NCBI GenBank assembly: GCA_902593125.1
Contig: CACJGU010000002.1
Span: 73,274-137,273, forward strand
Origin: an uncultured Alphaproteobacteria bacterium
GTDB taxonomy: Bacteria > Pseudomonadota > Alphaproteobacteria > HIMB59 > GCA-002718135
Length of the DNA stretch: 64,000 nt
Reading direction: 5' to 3'
Of the stretch, positions 19,333-27,351 are shown piece after piece (position 1 is the first letter of the stretch; each line of letters begins with the position of its first letter). The notes under the pieces are model-generated. The model was not told the origin of the DNA, did not search any database, and saw only the letters and a list, made by a program, of their open reading frames with translations. The translations under genes and the position numbers were made by a program.

Positions 19333-19361
19333 CTTGTATTTTAAAACTTTTTTCCCATATT
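19333..19361 (+). promoter_or_regulatory. Sigma32 (RpoH)-like promoter candidate for dnaKJ
   Basis: CTTGTA (19333-19338) is followed by a 15-nt spacer and then CCCATATT (19354-19361), about 50 nt upstream of the dnaK ATG. Confidence 0.5.
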
Positions 19362-19411
19362 TAATGTAACCAATGTTGATTGGTAAATAATTAAGTAAAG
19401 AGGATAAAAAT

Positions 19412-21334
19412 ATGGCAAAAGTAATCGGTATTGATCTAGGTACTACGAACTCCTGCGTTGCAGTAATGGACGGTAAGGAAGCAAAAGTAATTGAAAACTC
19501 TGAAGGTGGAAGAACAACACCGTCAATGGTAGCATTCAGTGAAACAAAAGAAAAACTTGTTGGACAATCAGCTAAAAGACAAGCAGTAACTAATTCTGAA
19601 AATACTTTATTTGCCATAAAAAGATTAATCGGAAGAACATTTGAGGATAAAGCAGTTAAGTCTGATAGCGGATTAGTACCTTATAAAATAGTAAAAGGTG
19701 ATAACGGCGATGCTTGGGTTGAAGCACGTGGAGATAAATATAGTCCAAGTCAAATTAGTGCATTTATTTTACAAAAAATGAAGGAGACCGCGGAGTCTTA
19801 TTTAGGAGATACTGTTACACAAGCGGTTATAACAGTTCCTGCATATTTTAACGATGCTCAAAGACAAGCAACAAAAGATGCTGGAAAAATAGCTGGACTA
19901 GAAGTCTTAAGAATTATTAACGAGCCTACTGCTGCAGCATTAGCATATGGTTTGGATAAAAAGAAAACTGGAACCGTTGCTGTTTATGATCTTGGTGGAG
20001 GTACATTTGATATTTCTATATTAGAAATCGGTGATGGTGTTTTTGAAGTTAAATCAACCAATGGTGACACGCACCTTGGTGGTGAAGATTTTGATCTTAA
20101 AATCATTGATTATCTCGCTGATGAATTCAAAAAAGACAATGGTATTGATTTACGTTCAGATAAACTTGCGCTTCAGCGTTTGAAAGAGGCTGCTGAGAAA
20201 GCAAAAATTGAATTATCAAGTTCAACTGAAACAGAAGTTAACTTACCATTCATAACAGCTGATCAATCTGGTCCTAAACATTTAACGATTAAATTATCGA
20301 GAGCAAAACTAGAAGCTATCGTAGGTGAACTTTTAAACCAAAGTTTGAAACCTTGCGAAATGGCACTTAAAGATGCTGGATTACAAGCCGCAGAAATCGA
20401 TGATGTTATTTTAGTTGGTGGTATGACAAGAATGCCTAAAGTAACTGAGATTGTAAAAAACTTTTTTGGTAAAGAACCTAATAAAGGTGTTAACCCGGAT
20501 GAAGTTGTTGCATCAGGTGCTGCTATTCAAGCAGGAGTATTACAAGGTGATGTCAAAGATGTACTACTACTTGACGTTACGCCTTTATCCCTTGGTATAG
20601 AAACTCTTGGTGGTGTATTTACAAAACTTATTGATAAAAACACAACTATCCCAACAAAGAAGAGTCAGGTATTTTCTACAGCTGAAGATAATCAGAGTGC
20701 AGTAACTATTAGAGTTTTTCAAGGTGAGAGAGAAATGGCCGCTGATAACAAATTACTAGGTCAGTTTGATTTAGTAGGCATCCCACCTGCTGCAAGAGGA
20801 ATGCCACAAATCGAAGTAACTTTTGATATCGATGCAAATGGTATTGTTAATGTATCGGCTAAAGATAAATCAACTGGAAAAGAGCAACAAATTAAAATCC
20901 AGGCATCTGGTGGATTATCAGATGAAGAGATTGAGAAAATGGTTAAAGAGGCAGAAGAAAACGCCGAGTCTGATAAGAAGAAAAGAGAAGCTGTTGATAC
21001 TAGAAACCATGCTGATAGTTTAATTAATGAAACTGAAAAGAACTTAAAAGAACACGGAGATAAAATTCCTGAAGCTGATAGAAATAAAATCACAGAGGAT
21101 ATTGAAGAGCTTAAAAAAGTAAAAGACGGTGAGGATCTAGAAGCTATAAAATCTAAAACTGAAGCACTAGTTCAATCATCTCTAAAAATGGGTGAAGCAA
21201 TTTATAAACAAAACCCACAAGGTGCTGGGCCGCAACCTGATCCATCTGGTGCTGAACCATCAGCTGATGATAAGAAAGATGAAAAGGTTGTAGATGCTGA
21301 ATTTGAAGAAGTAGACGAAGATAAAAAAGATTAA
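19412..21334 (+). CDS. dnaK: Molecular chaperone DnaK (Hsp70)
   Basis: '[14 protein letters not shown]', '[12 protein letters not shown]' and '[13 protein letters not shown]' are present. Confidence 0.99.
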   Translation: MAKVIGIDLGTTNSCVAVMDGKEAKVIENSEGGRTTPSMVAFSETKEKLVGQSAKRQAVTNSENTLFAIKRLIGRTFEDKAVKSDSGLVPYKIVKGDNGDAWVEARGDKYSPSQISAFILQKMKETAESYLGDTVTQAVITVPAYFNDAQRQATKDAGKIAGLEVLRIINEPTAAALAYGLDKKKTGTVAVYDLGGGTFDISILEIGDGVFEVKSTNGDTHLGGEDFDLKIIDYLADEFKKDNGIDLRSDKLALQRLKEAAEKAKIELSSSTETEVNLPFITADQSGPKHLTIKLSRAKLEAIVGELLNQSLKPCEMALKDAGLQAAEIDDVILVGGMTRMPKVTEIVKNFFGKEPNKGVNPDEVVASGAAIQAGVLQGDVKDVLLLDVTPLSLGIETLGGVFTKLIDKNTTIPTKKSQVFSTAEDNQSAVTIRVFQGEREMAADNKLLGQFDLVGIPPAARGMPQIEVTFDIDANGIVNVSAKDKSTGKEQQIKIQASGGLSDEEIEKMVKEAEENAESDKKKREAVDTRNHADSLINETEKNLKEHGDKIPEADRNKITEDIEELKKVKDGEDLEAIKSKTEALVQSSLKMGEAIYKQNPQGAGPQPDPSGAEPSADDKKDEKVVDAEFEEVDEDKKD

Positions 21335-21362
21335 CGCTCCATAACTTTTATAAGGAGGAGAT

Positions 21363-22496
21363 GTGGCTGATAAAGATTTCTATGAGATACTAGGCGTTCA
21401 ACGAAATGCCAGTGAAGATGAAATAAAAAAAGCTTATAGAAAACAAGCCATGAAATATCATCCTGACCGTAACAAGGATGATAAAACTGCTGAAAGAAAA
21501 TTTAAAGAAGCAGCTGCAGCTTATGAAGTTCTGAAAGACTCAGAAAAAAGATCAGCTTATGATCAATATGGACACGACGCTTTCAAACAAGGCGGCATGG
21601 GTGGAGCTCAAGGCTTTGGAGATTTTGCAGGCGGTTTTTCTGATATTTTTGAAGAGTTCTTTGGAGGAGGTTTTGGTGGACAATCATCAAGAAGACGAGG
21701 ACCTCAAAGAGGAAGTGATCTTCGCTACAACATGTCCGTTTCACTATTCGAAGCTTTTACTGGAAAGAAACCACAAATAAGAATTCCAACTTATATTGGT
21801 TGTGATTCATGTGCAGCAACTGGAAGTGCAGATAAATCTGGACCAAGTACCTGTTCTACCTGTGGTGGTGCAGGTAAAGTTCGATCACAACAAGGCTTCT
21901 TTTCTATTGAAAGACCATGCCCTACATGTGGTGGGGAAGGTTCAAGTATAAAAAATCCATGTCTTAAATGTTCTGGAACAGGTAATTTAAAAAAGCAAAA
22001 AACAATTTCTGTTACTATTCCAGCTGGTGTTGATACAGGCACAAGGATTCGTATAGCTGGTGAAGGAGAACCTGGCGAAAGAGGTGCGGGAAATGGAGAT
22101 CTGTACATTTTTGTTGAGGTTCAAAAGGACAAACTCTTTGAAAGAGAAGAAGAAAATCTATTTTGTGAAATACCAATTTCAATAACTACTGCTATTTTAG
22201 GTGGTGAAATAGAAGTACCAACTATAGAAGGAAAAAAAGCCAGACTTAATATTCCAGCGGGAACTCAATCTGAGACTCAATTTAGACTACGAGGTAAAGG
22301 AATGAGTATACTTCGACAAAGTAGACGCGGAGATATGTATGTGCAAGCAAACGTTGAAATACCAGTCAATCTAAACAGCAAACAAAAAGATATTTTGAGA
22401 GAGTTCGAAAATGAAGGAGGAACCTCAAAAAAACATAGTCCAAAATCACAAGGTTTTTTCTCAAAATTAAAAGAAGTCTGGGAAGATTTAACTTAA
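21363..22496 (+). CDS. dnaJ: Molecular chaperone DnaJ
   Basis: It has a J-domain 'YHPDRNKDD', a G/F region and four CxxCxGxG zinc-finger repeats. A GTG start follows the AAGGAGGAG Shine-Dalgarno. Confidence 0.98.
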   Translation: MADKDFYEILGVQRNASEDEIKKAYRKQAMKYHPDRNKDDKTAERKFKEAAAAYEVLKDSEKRSAYDQYGHDAFKQGGMGGAQGFGDFAGGFSDIFEEFFGGGFGGQSSRRRGPQRGSDLRYNMSVSLFEAFTGKKPQIRIPTYIGCDSCAATGSADKSGPSTCSTCGGAGKVRSQQGFFSIERPCPTCGGEGSSIKNPCLKCSGTGNLKKQKTISVTIPAGVDTGTRIRIAGEGEPGERGAGNGDLYIFVEVQKDKLFEREEENLFCEIPISITTAILGGEIEVPTIEGKKARLNIPAGTQSETQFRLRGKGMSILRQSRRGDMYVQANVEIPVNLNSKQKDILREFENEGGTSKKHSPKSQGFFSKLKEVWEDLT

Positions 22497-22537
22497 TTTC
22501 TTTTCAACTTACAATCACCAAAGTATAAGAAGTTTTT

Positions 22538-23341
22538 ATGGCAAAAATTAAAATAGCAGTTGCAGGTTGTCTTGGCAGAATGGGTCAGGAAATATCGAAA
22601 CAAATTTTACAAAATAAAAATTTAGAATTTGTCGGTGGTTTTGAAAACAAAAAACATAAAGATATAAACAAACCACTAAATAAAGTATCAGATATACAGT
22701 CTTCAAAATTAGCTAGTACTAATTCAACTCAATTAATTAAAGAAGCAAATGTGATAATTGATTTTACAACACCCGAGTCTACGTTAGATAATCTTAAAAT
22801 TGCCTATGCAAATAAAACAGCAGTTGTTATCGGTACAACTGGAATGACAGATGGGCAAAAAAAGAAAGTAAAAAGTTATTCTAAAAAAATACCTATACTC
22901 ATGTCTTCTAACATGAGTTTGGGCGTTAACTTACTATTTAACTTAGTAAAACAAACGGCATCAGCTTTAAAAGATACTGATTATGATATTGAAATTGCTG
23001 AGACTCATCATAAACATAAAAAAGATGCCCCTTCAGGAACTGCATTATCTCTGGGTGAGTATGCTGCTGAGGGTAGAAAAACTAAATTAAATAAATTAAA
23101 AGTTTTAGATCGTACAAAAAAAATAACATCTAGAAAAAAAGGTGAAATCGGTTTTTCTGTTACAAGAGGCGGTGAAATTGCAGGTGAGCATACAGTAAGT
23201 TTTATTGGTACCAACGATAGAGTTGATCTAGTTCATAAAGCTAATAATCGATCAATTTTTGTAGATGGGGCCATCGAAGCAGCCATTTTTTTAAAAAAAA
23301 AGAAAAATGGCTTATTTTCAATGAAAGATTTATTATTTTAG
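22538..23341 (+). CDS. dapB: 4-hydroxy-tetrahydrodipicolinate reductase
   Basis: 'KIAVAGCLGRMGQEI' and 'ETHHKHKKDAPSGTAL' are present. Confidence 0.94.
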   Translation: MAKIKIAVAGCLGRMGQEISKQILQNKNLEFVGGFENKKHKDINKPLNKVSDIQSSKLASTNSTQLIKEANVIIDFTTPESTLDNLKIAYANKTAVVIGTTGMTDGQKKKVKSYSKKIPILMSSNMSLGVNLLFNLVKQTASALKDTDYDIEIAETHHKHKKDAPSGTALSLGEYAAEGRKTKLNKLKVLDRTKKITSRKKGEIGFSVTRGGEIAGEHTVSFIGTNDRVDLVHKANNRSIFVDGAIEAAIFLKKKKNGLFSMKDLLF

Positions 23342-23448
23342 AATTACTATAAATCAAAAATCAAAAATAATATTAAATTTAAATAATAAATTCGCAATTT
23401 GAAAATAAATTATCTTTATTATAAATACTTTTAATATAAAAAAAATTT

Positions 23449-24051
23449 ATGAATAATATATTTTTTAGAACTACTATTTTAATTCTATTTATCATCTTTT
23501 CGTCAAGTGTTAAGGCTGAAGAAAGTTTTTCTTTAGGTGTTGATTTTGGATATGGTTTTCTTGATATTGGTGCTGATGAAACAGCGCAATCAATTGCAAA
23601 TACAGCTGGCTCAACAGTAACGTATGAATCAGACACTGGTTCATGGATGGGAAGAATATATACGGATTTAGAAATAGCAAATTCATTATATATCGACATT
23701 GGATATTTTCTTACAGGTTCAATTGATGCAAAGTATACTTTATCAGGAGTAACAGTAACTGAAGGTTATTCAGCAAATGGAGTCGAGGCCTCTTTGGCTT
23801 ACAAAGAAGGAGATAAAGAAGGTTTCTTCTTAAAGGGTGGAGTACATTCCAGTACCGTAGATGGTAATGCATCTATTACTATAAGTGGAACAACATATGC
23901 TGCAAATGCAGCAGCTTCCGGAACAGGCTTATTGTTTGGTGGCGGTTATGATTTTTCTGACGGTACTAGAATAGGCTATACATACTATTCTGATCTAGGC
24001 GGATTAAGTAAGGCCGACTTAGTTTACATATATTATGGCTACAGATTTTAA
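23449..24051 (+). CDS. Small outer-membrane beta-barrel protein (OmpA/OmpX-like barrel family)
   Basis: It has a signal peptide ending 'SSVKA-EE', a G/Y/T/S-rich alternating pattern and a C-terminal 'YYGYRF' (terminal Phe beta-signal). Confidence 0.7.
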   Translation: MNNIFFRTTILILFIIFSSSVKAEESFSLGVDFGYGFLDIGADETAQSIANTAGSTVTYESDTGSWMGRIYTDLEIANSLYIDIGYFLTGSIDAKYTLSGVTVTEGYSANGVEASLAYKEGDKEGFFLKGGVHSSTVDGNASITISGTTYAANAAASGTGLLFGGGYDFSDGTRIGYTYYSDLGGLSKADLVYIYYGYRF

Positions 24052-24059
24052 TTTATTTT

Positions 24060-24086
24060 GAAGCAGTTATTTAACTGCTTCTTTTT
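24060..24086 (+). terminator. Rho-independent terminator after the barrel gene
   Basis: The 9-bp stem GAAGCAGTT / AACTGCTTC has a 4-nt loop and is followed by TTTTT. Confidence 0.7.
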
Positions 24087-24098
24087 ATTTAACTTAAG

Positions 24099-26231
24099 AT
24101 GACTAAAATAAAATTCATTTATAAACTTTTTCTATTATCTTTTTTTGTTTCGTTTCTTGTGAACTGCAGCGGCGGCGGCGGCGGTGGTGGTGGTTCTATA
24201 AATTACAATTCTGAATATAATAATCAACCTGGTCTTGATATGATTGGTGTTCAAACTGCAACAGATGCCGGAATATACGGAGATGGTGTTGATATAGCAA
24301 TTGTTGACTCAGGATATGATTACACCCATGATGAGTTAGGGGCTACCGATGTAGTTGGAATATCTTATGACTCAAACTCTGTTTATTATGTCGATGGTAA
24401 TGGTCACGGTTCACATGTAGCTGGTATTATTAGAGCAAAAAGAGACGGTACAGGGATGAGAGGAGTGGCTCCATCAGCAAATTTAAAAATTTATAAAATT
24501 TTTGATCAAAATGGCACCTATGCATTATCAAGCGCAGAACATGTTTCTATGATAAATTCAATTACTGCCAATGCTGATTTTTCAAATAATAGTTGGGGCT
24601 CAACTTCTGTAATGATAGATGATATAAACTCAACTTGGATAACTAACAATTTTTCTTCTGAAGCAGCTAGATATCAAAATTCAGTTTCAAACGATACTGT
24701 TCATGTTTGGATAACTCATAATGAAAGTGACACACAACCATCTTATCAAGCAGGACTTCCTGCAGTAGTAGATAATATTGAAGATGGATGGATCGCCGTT
24801 ATGGCGCTTGATAATAGTAAACAAGAAACAGATTATACAAATCGTTGTGGAAATGCGGCTGATTGGTGTGTAGCAGCACCAGGCGGTGGAGATAGTCAGA
24901 GTACTGAAGGTATATATTCTGTTAAAAGTGGCGGTGGCTATACGAGAAAAAGCGGTACATCTATGGCAGCACCACATGTTACCGGTTTACTTGCTTTAGT
25001 AAAAGAAAGATTCTCATCATCATCACTTACAAATAAACAAGTAAGAACAAGGCTTTTAAATGGTGCTACCTACACTGGTTTAACTGACTTTCAGGGAAAT
25101 TCTGCAAGCAGTATGTCAACTTCTACTAAAGAAGCTATTTTCGGTCAAGGTTTGGTAACTTATAGTGCATCTGTTGGTCAAATTGGAAATTTAAATTATC
25201 CAACTTCAAATAATTTTTATAGCGACAAAAATATAAACGTTGATTTAAAAAAAATAAATTTACCAGGCTCATTACACAATAATATTGCTGACCAAGTAGC
25301 CAGCCTGGATTTAATGGCCTTCGATAGTTTTGATGGTGCAGATTTTACAGTTAAGGGCAGCAAAATATTTGATACTGATAAGAAAAAGTTTGTCAAAAAT
25401 TTTGGCTATTCTGGAATAGATAATAAAAATTTAAATGAAGATTTCAACTTTTATAATCAAAAAATTAATTACACTGCTTCAGACACAATTCATATTCCTC
25501 AACAAAAAAATTGGGACAGCAAAGTTAATTTTCTAAATTATTTTACTGATACTAAAGGGTCTTATTCAAATCTCGAGCATGAAATTGGTAATTCTTCAAT
25601 ATCCTACTTTGTACAATATCCAAATAATGACAATAGGTTAAATTCTTACTCTACAGGATTTAATTATAACAAAGAGTTTTATGATAAAAAATTTAATTTA
25701 ATATTAAACTATTCCGATCATAAAAACCTTATCTCGGATTATAGTATTATTAGAAAAAACAATTCACTTTCAAATGCAAAAATTTATGACTATGGTTTAA
25801 TTTATAAATTTAATAAAAATACGGACTTTTTCTTTAGACAAAGCAGGGAGCATTTAAGTTCAGAAAATAATTCAAATTATAATTTTAGCATAAATTCAAG
25901 TCTTATACAGTCAGAGACTTATGGTTTAGAATTCAAAAAAAATGACCTATTTTTAAATACCGGTTTATATAAACCAAGTCATTTTAGAAGTAGTAACATG
26001 ACTTTTTTAACGCCAAGTGGGAGAAAAGAAAATGGTGAGATTTTATGGAAAGAGACAACATTTGAATCAAGTAATAGTTTAAATTATTCACCTTATGTTT
26101 CTTTTCAAAACAAACTTCCCACAATATTACCACAATTTAAGGATAATTACTTAACTATAAGCTTAAGACAATCACCATATAATAATGACTTAATTGACTC
26201 AGGAGAGATACTATATACCTTAAAATTCTAA
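24099..26231 (+). CDS. Subtilisin-like S8 serine protease, lipoprotein-type N-terminus, C-terminal beta-barrel-like domain
   Basis: The D-H-S triad motifs are 'AIVDSGYDYTHDEL', 'GNGHGSHVAGII' and 'SGTSMAAPHVTGLLAL'. The N-terminus reads 'FLVNC-SGGGGGGGGS'. The last ~300 aa are N/Y/S/K-rich with alternating pattern and end 'YTLKF'. Confidence 0.85.
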   Translation: MTKIKFIYKLFLLSFFVSFLVNCSGGGGGGGGSINYNSEYNNQPGLDMIGVQTATDAGIYGDGVDIAIVDSGYDYTHDELGATDVVGISYDSNSVYYVDGNGHGSHVAGIIRAKRDGTGMRGVAPSANLKIYKIFDQNGTYALSSAEHVSMINSITANADFSNNSWGSTSVMIDDINSTWITNNFSSEAARYQNSVSNDTVHVWITHNESDTQPSYQAGLPAVVDNIEDGWIAVMALDNSKQETDYTNRCGNAADWCVAAPGGGDSQSTEGIYSVKSGGGYTRKSGTSMAAPHVTGLLALVKERFSSSSLTNKQVRTRLLNGATYTGLTDFQGNSASSMSTSTKEAIFGQGLVTYSASVGQIGNLNYPTSNNFYSDKNINVDLKKINLPGSLHNNIADQVASLDLMAFDSFDGADFTVKGSKIFDTDKKKFVKNFGYSGIDNKNLNEDFNFYNQKINYTASDTIHIPQQKNWDSKVNFLNYFTDTKGSYSNLEHEIGNSSISYFVQYPNNDNRLNSYSTGFNYNKEFYDKKFNLILNYSDHKNLISDYSIIRKNNSLSNAKIYDYGLIYKFNKNTDFFFRQSREHLSSENNSNYNFSINSSLIQSETYGLEFKKNDLFLNTGLYKPSHFRSSNMTFLTPSGRKENGEILWKETTFESSNSLNYSPYVSFQNKLPTILPQFKDNYLTISLRQSPYNNDLIDSGEILYTLKF
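24171..24194 (+). repeat. (GGC)4(GGT)4 trinucleotide tract encoding Gly8 linker
   Basis: The tract is read directly as ggcggcggcggcggtggtggtggt, immediately after the putative lipidated Cys codon. Confidence 0.95.
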
Positions 26232-26662
26232 TTATAATTTTTTTATTTTTATCAAAATATTCATTTGCTAAAGATTGTGAAATTCACGAAGAAATCACTG
26301 GTCATTTTAATTATAATATAAATCTTGAAGGCATCATTTTAGGCAATAAACAAATAGAGGAAATTTTTATTAAAAATGATTCAAATATAAAATATTCAAA
26401 AAAATTATTTAGAAAATATAAAAGAAAAAATATTTTTGCTTTAATTGTTGCTCCTTTTAGAAAATCTTCAGATTTACAAATTAATATTAATACTAAAACT
26501 GTAAAAGATAAAATTGAAATACGCACAGATTATAAATTGAGTGACAATTCATTAGGTGTGCTAAATCAAAAATTTTACTTAGGTATTTACTCAGATGATT
26601 GTTTGCTAGAATTTAAAAATATACCTACTTTAAAAAAAATTACTAAAGAAACTAAAAATTGA
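26213..26662 (+). pseudogene. Candidate decayed or non-canonical small secreted-protein gene (ATA at the expected start, in-frame TAA at 26441)
   Basis: One reading frame is open from 26198 to 26662 except for a single TAA (26441-26443). AGGAGA (26201-26206) lies 6 nt before ATA 26213. The deduced N-terminus '(I)YLKILIIIFLFLSKYSFA-KD' looks like a signal peptide. There is no ATG, GTG or TTG until 26435. The distal 72-codon part (TTG 26444 to TGA 26662) is not in the supplied track. Confidence 0.45.
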
Positions 26663-26692
26663 TAATATAATATATTTCTAAAAAATTTAAAT

Positions 26693-27139
26693 TTAATAAA
26701 AACTTAGTTGTTTTTTAATTTTTAAATACAAATTTTCTTTTAATTCTGCATGTAAAAAAGAAGCTACCTCAGTTTCTTTATCTGATTCTCTAATTGACAA
26801 TTTAGATTTATTTTTAAATTTAGTAAAAAATACTTTAGACCAATAAGTGCTGAATTTAGATGAATGTAAAAGTTTATCACCTTTATATTTTTTTATCGAT
26901 ATTTCATTTTGATTAATATTAATTTCATCCTTAATATTTTTTCCTTTAAAATATAAACGAATTAAATAAAATATTACCAGGTATTCAACCCCAAGAAATA
27001 TCGATACAGGCCAAGCGCCTTGTACAATTAGAAAAATAGAAAATAATGATATCCAACTTATAAATATAATTCCTAAAATTAAGAAAACTGATTTAGAACA
27101 GCTTTGATAAGGTTTTATATTTTCGTTAAATGAATTCAT
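26693..27139 (-). CDS. DUF2244-like integral membrane protein
   Basis: It has two adjacent TM helices followed by a soluble tail ('...ISIKKYKGDKLLHSSKFSTYWSKVFF'), an architecture typical of alphaproteobacterial DUF2244. Confidence 0.55.
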   Translation of the reverse strand: MNSFNENIKPYQSCSKSVFLILGIIFISWISLFSIFLIVQGAWPVSIFLGVEYLVIFYLIRLYFKGKNIKDEININQNEISIKKYKGDKLLHSSKFSTYWSKVFFTKFKNKSKLSIRESDKETEVASFLHAELKENLYLKIKKQLSFY

Positions 27140-27240
27140 AATTTAATAATAATATAAAATACTCCTTCTGATAAAGGGACATATGTACACAGATATTACA
27201 AACTATATTAATCATATATTATTAATCTATAACTGCTTAC

Positions 27241-27351
27241 AAACCCCAAAAAATGGTTAAATTCCTTAGATCTCTTGAAAATTTTGTAAGGAACATATAG
27301 ATGCAACCCCAAAAAAATATTAAGTAATAATCTTGGTTTAATGGTGGGTTG
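27241..27351 (+). promoter_or_regulatory. Candidate structured 5' leader of pyc (duplicated C-rich boxes complementary to the SD/start region)
   Basis: AAACCCCAAAAAA (27241-) and CAACCCCAAAAAAA (27304-) are complementary to TTGGTTT (27333-27339) and GGTGGGTTG (27343-27351). A 7-bp inverted repeat TTCCTTA/TAAGGAA lies at 27262-27268 / 27287-27293. Confidence 0.3.

Noticed and set aside
26311-26526. A 71-aa minus-strand ORF in the largest unannotated gap.
   Set aside because: The plus-strand frame is open over a much longer distance (26198..26662 with one stop). It also has an SD and a signal-peptide-like N-terminus. The minus ORF is more likely its shadow, although neither reading can be proven without comparative data.
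27241-27318. A CRISPR or mobile-element repeat suggested by the duplicated AACCCCAAAAAA boxes.
   Set aside because: There are only two short copies (12-14 nt), with no regular spacer architecture, no cas genes and no terminal inverted repeats. The boxes are treated instead as a possible RNA-structure element.
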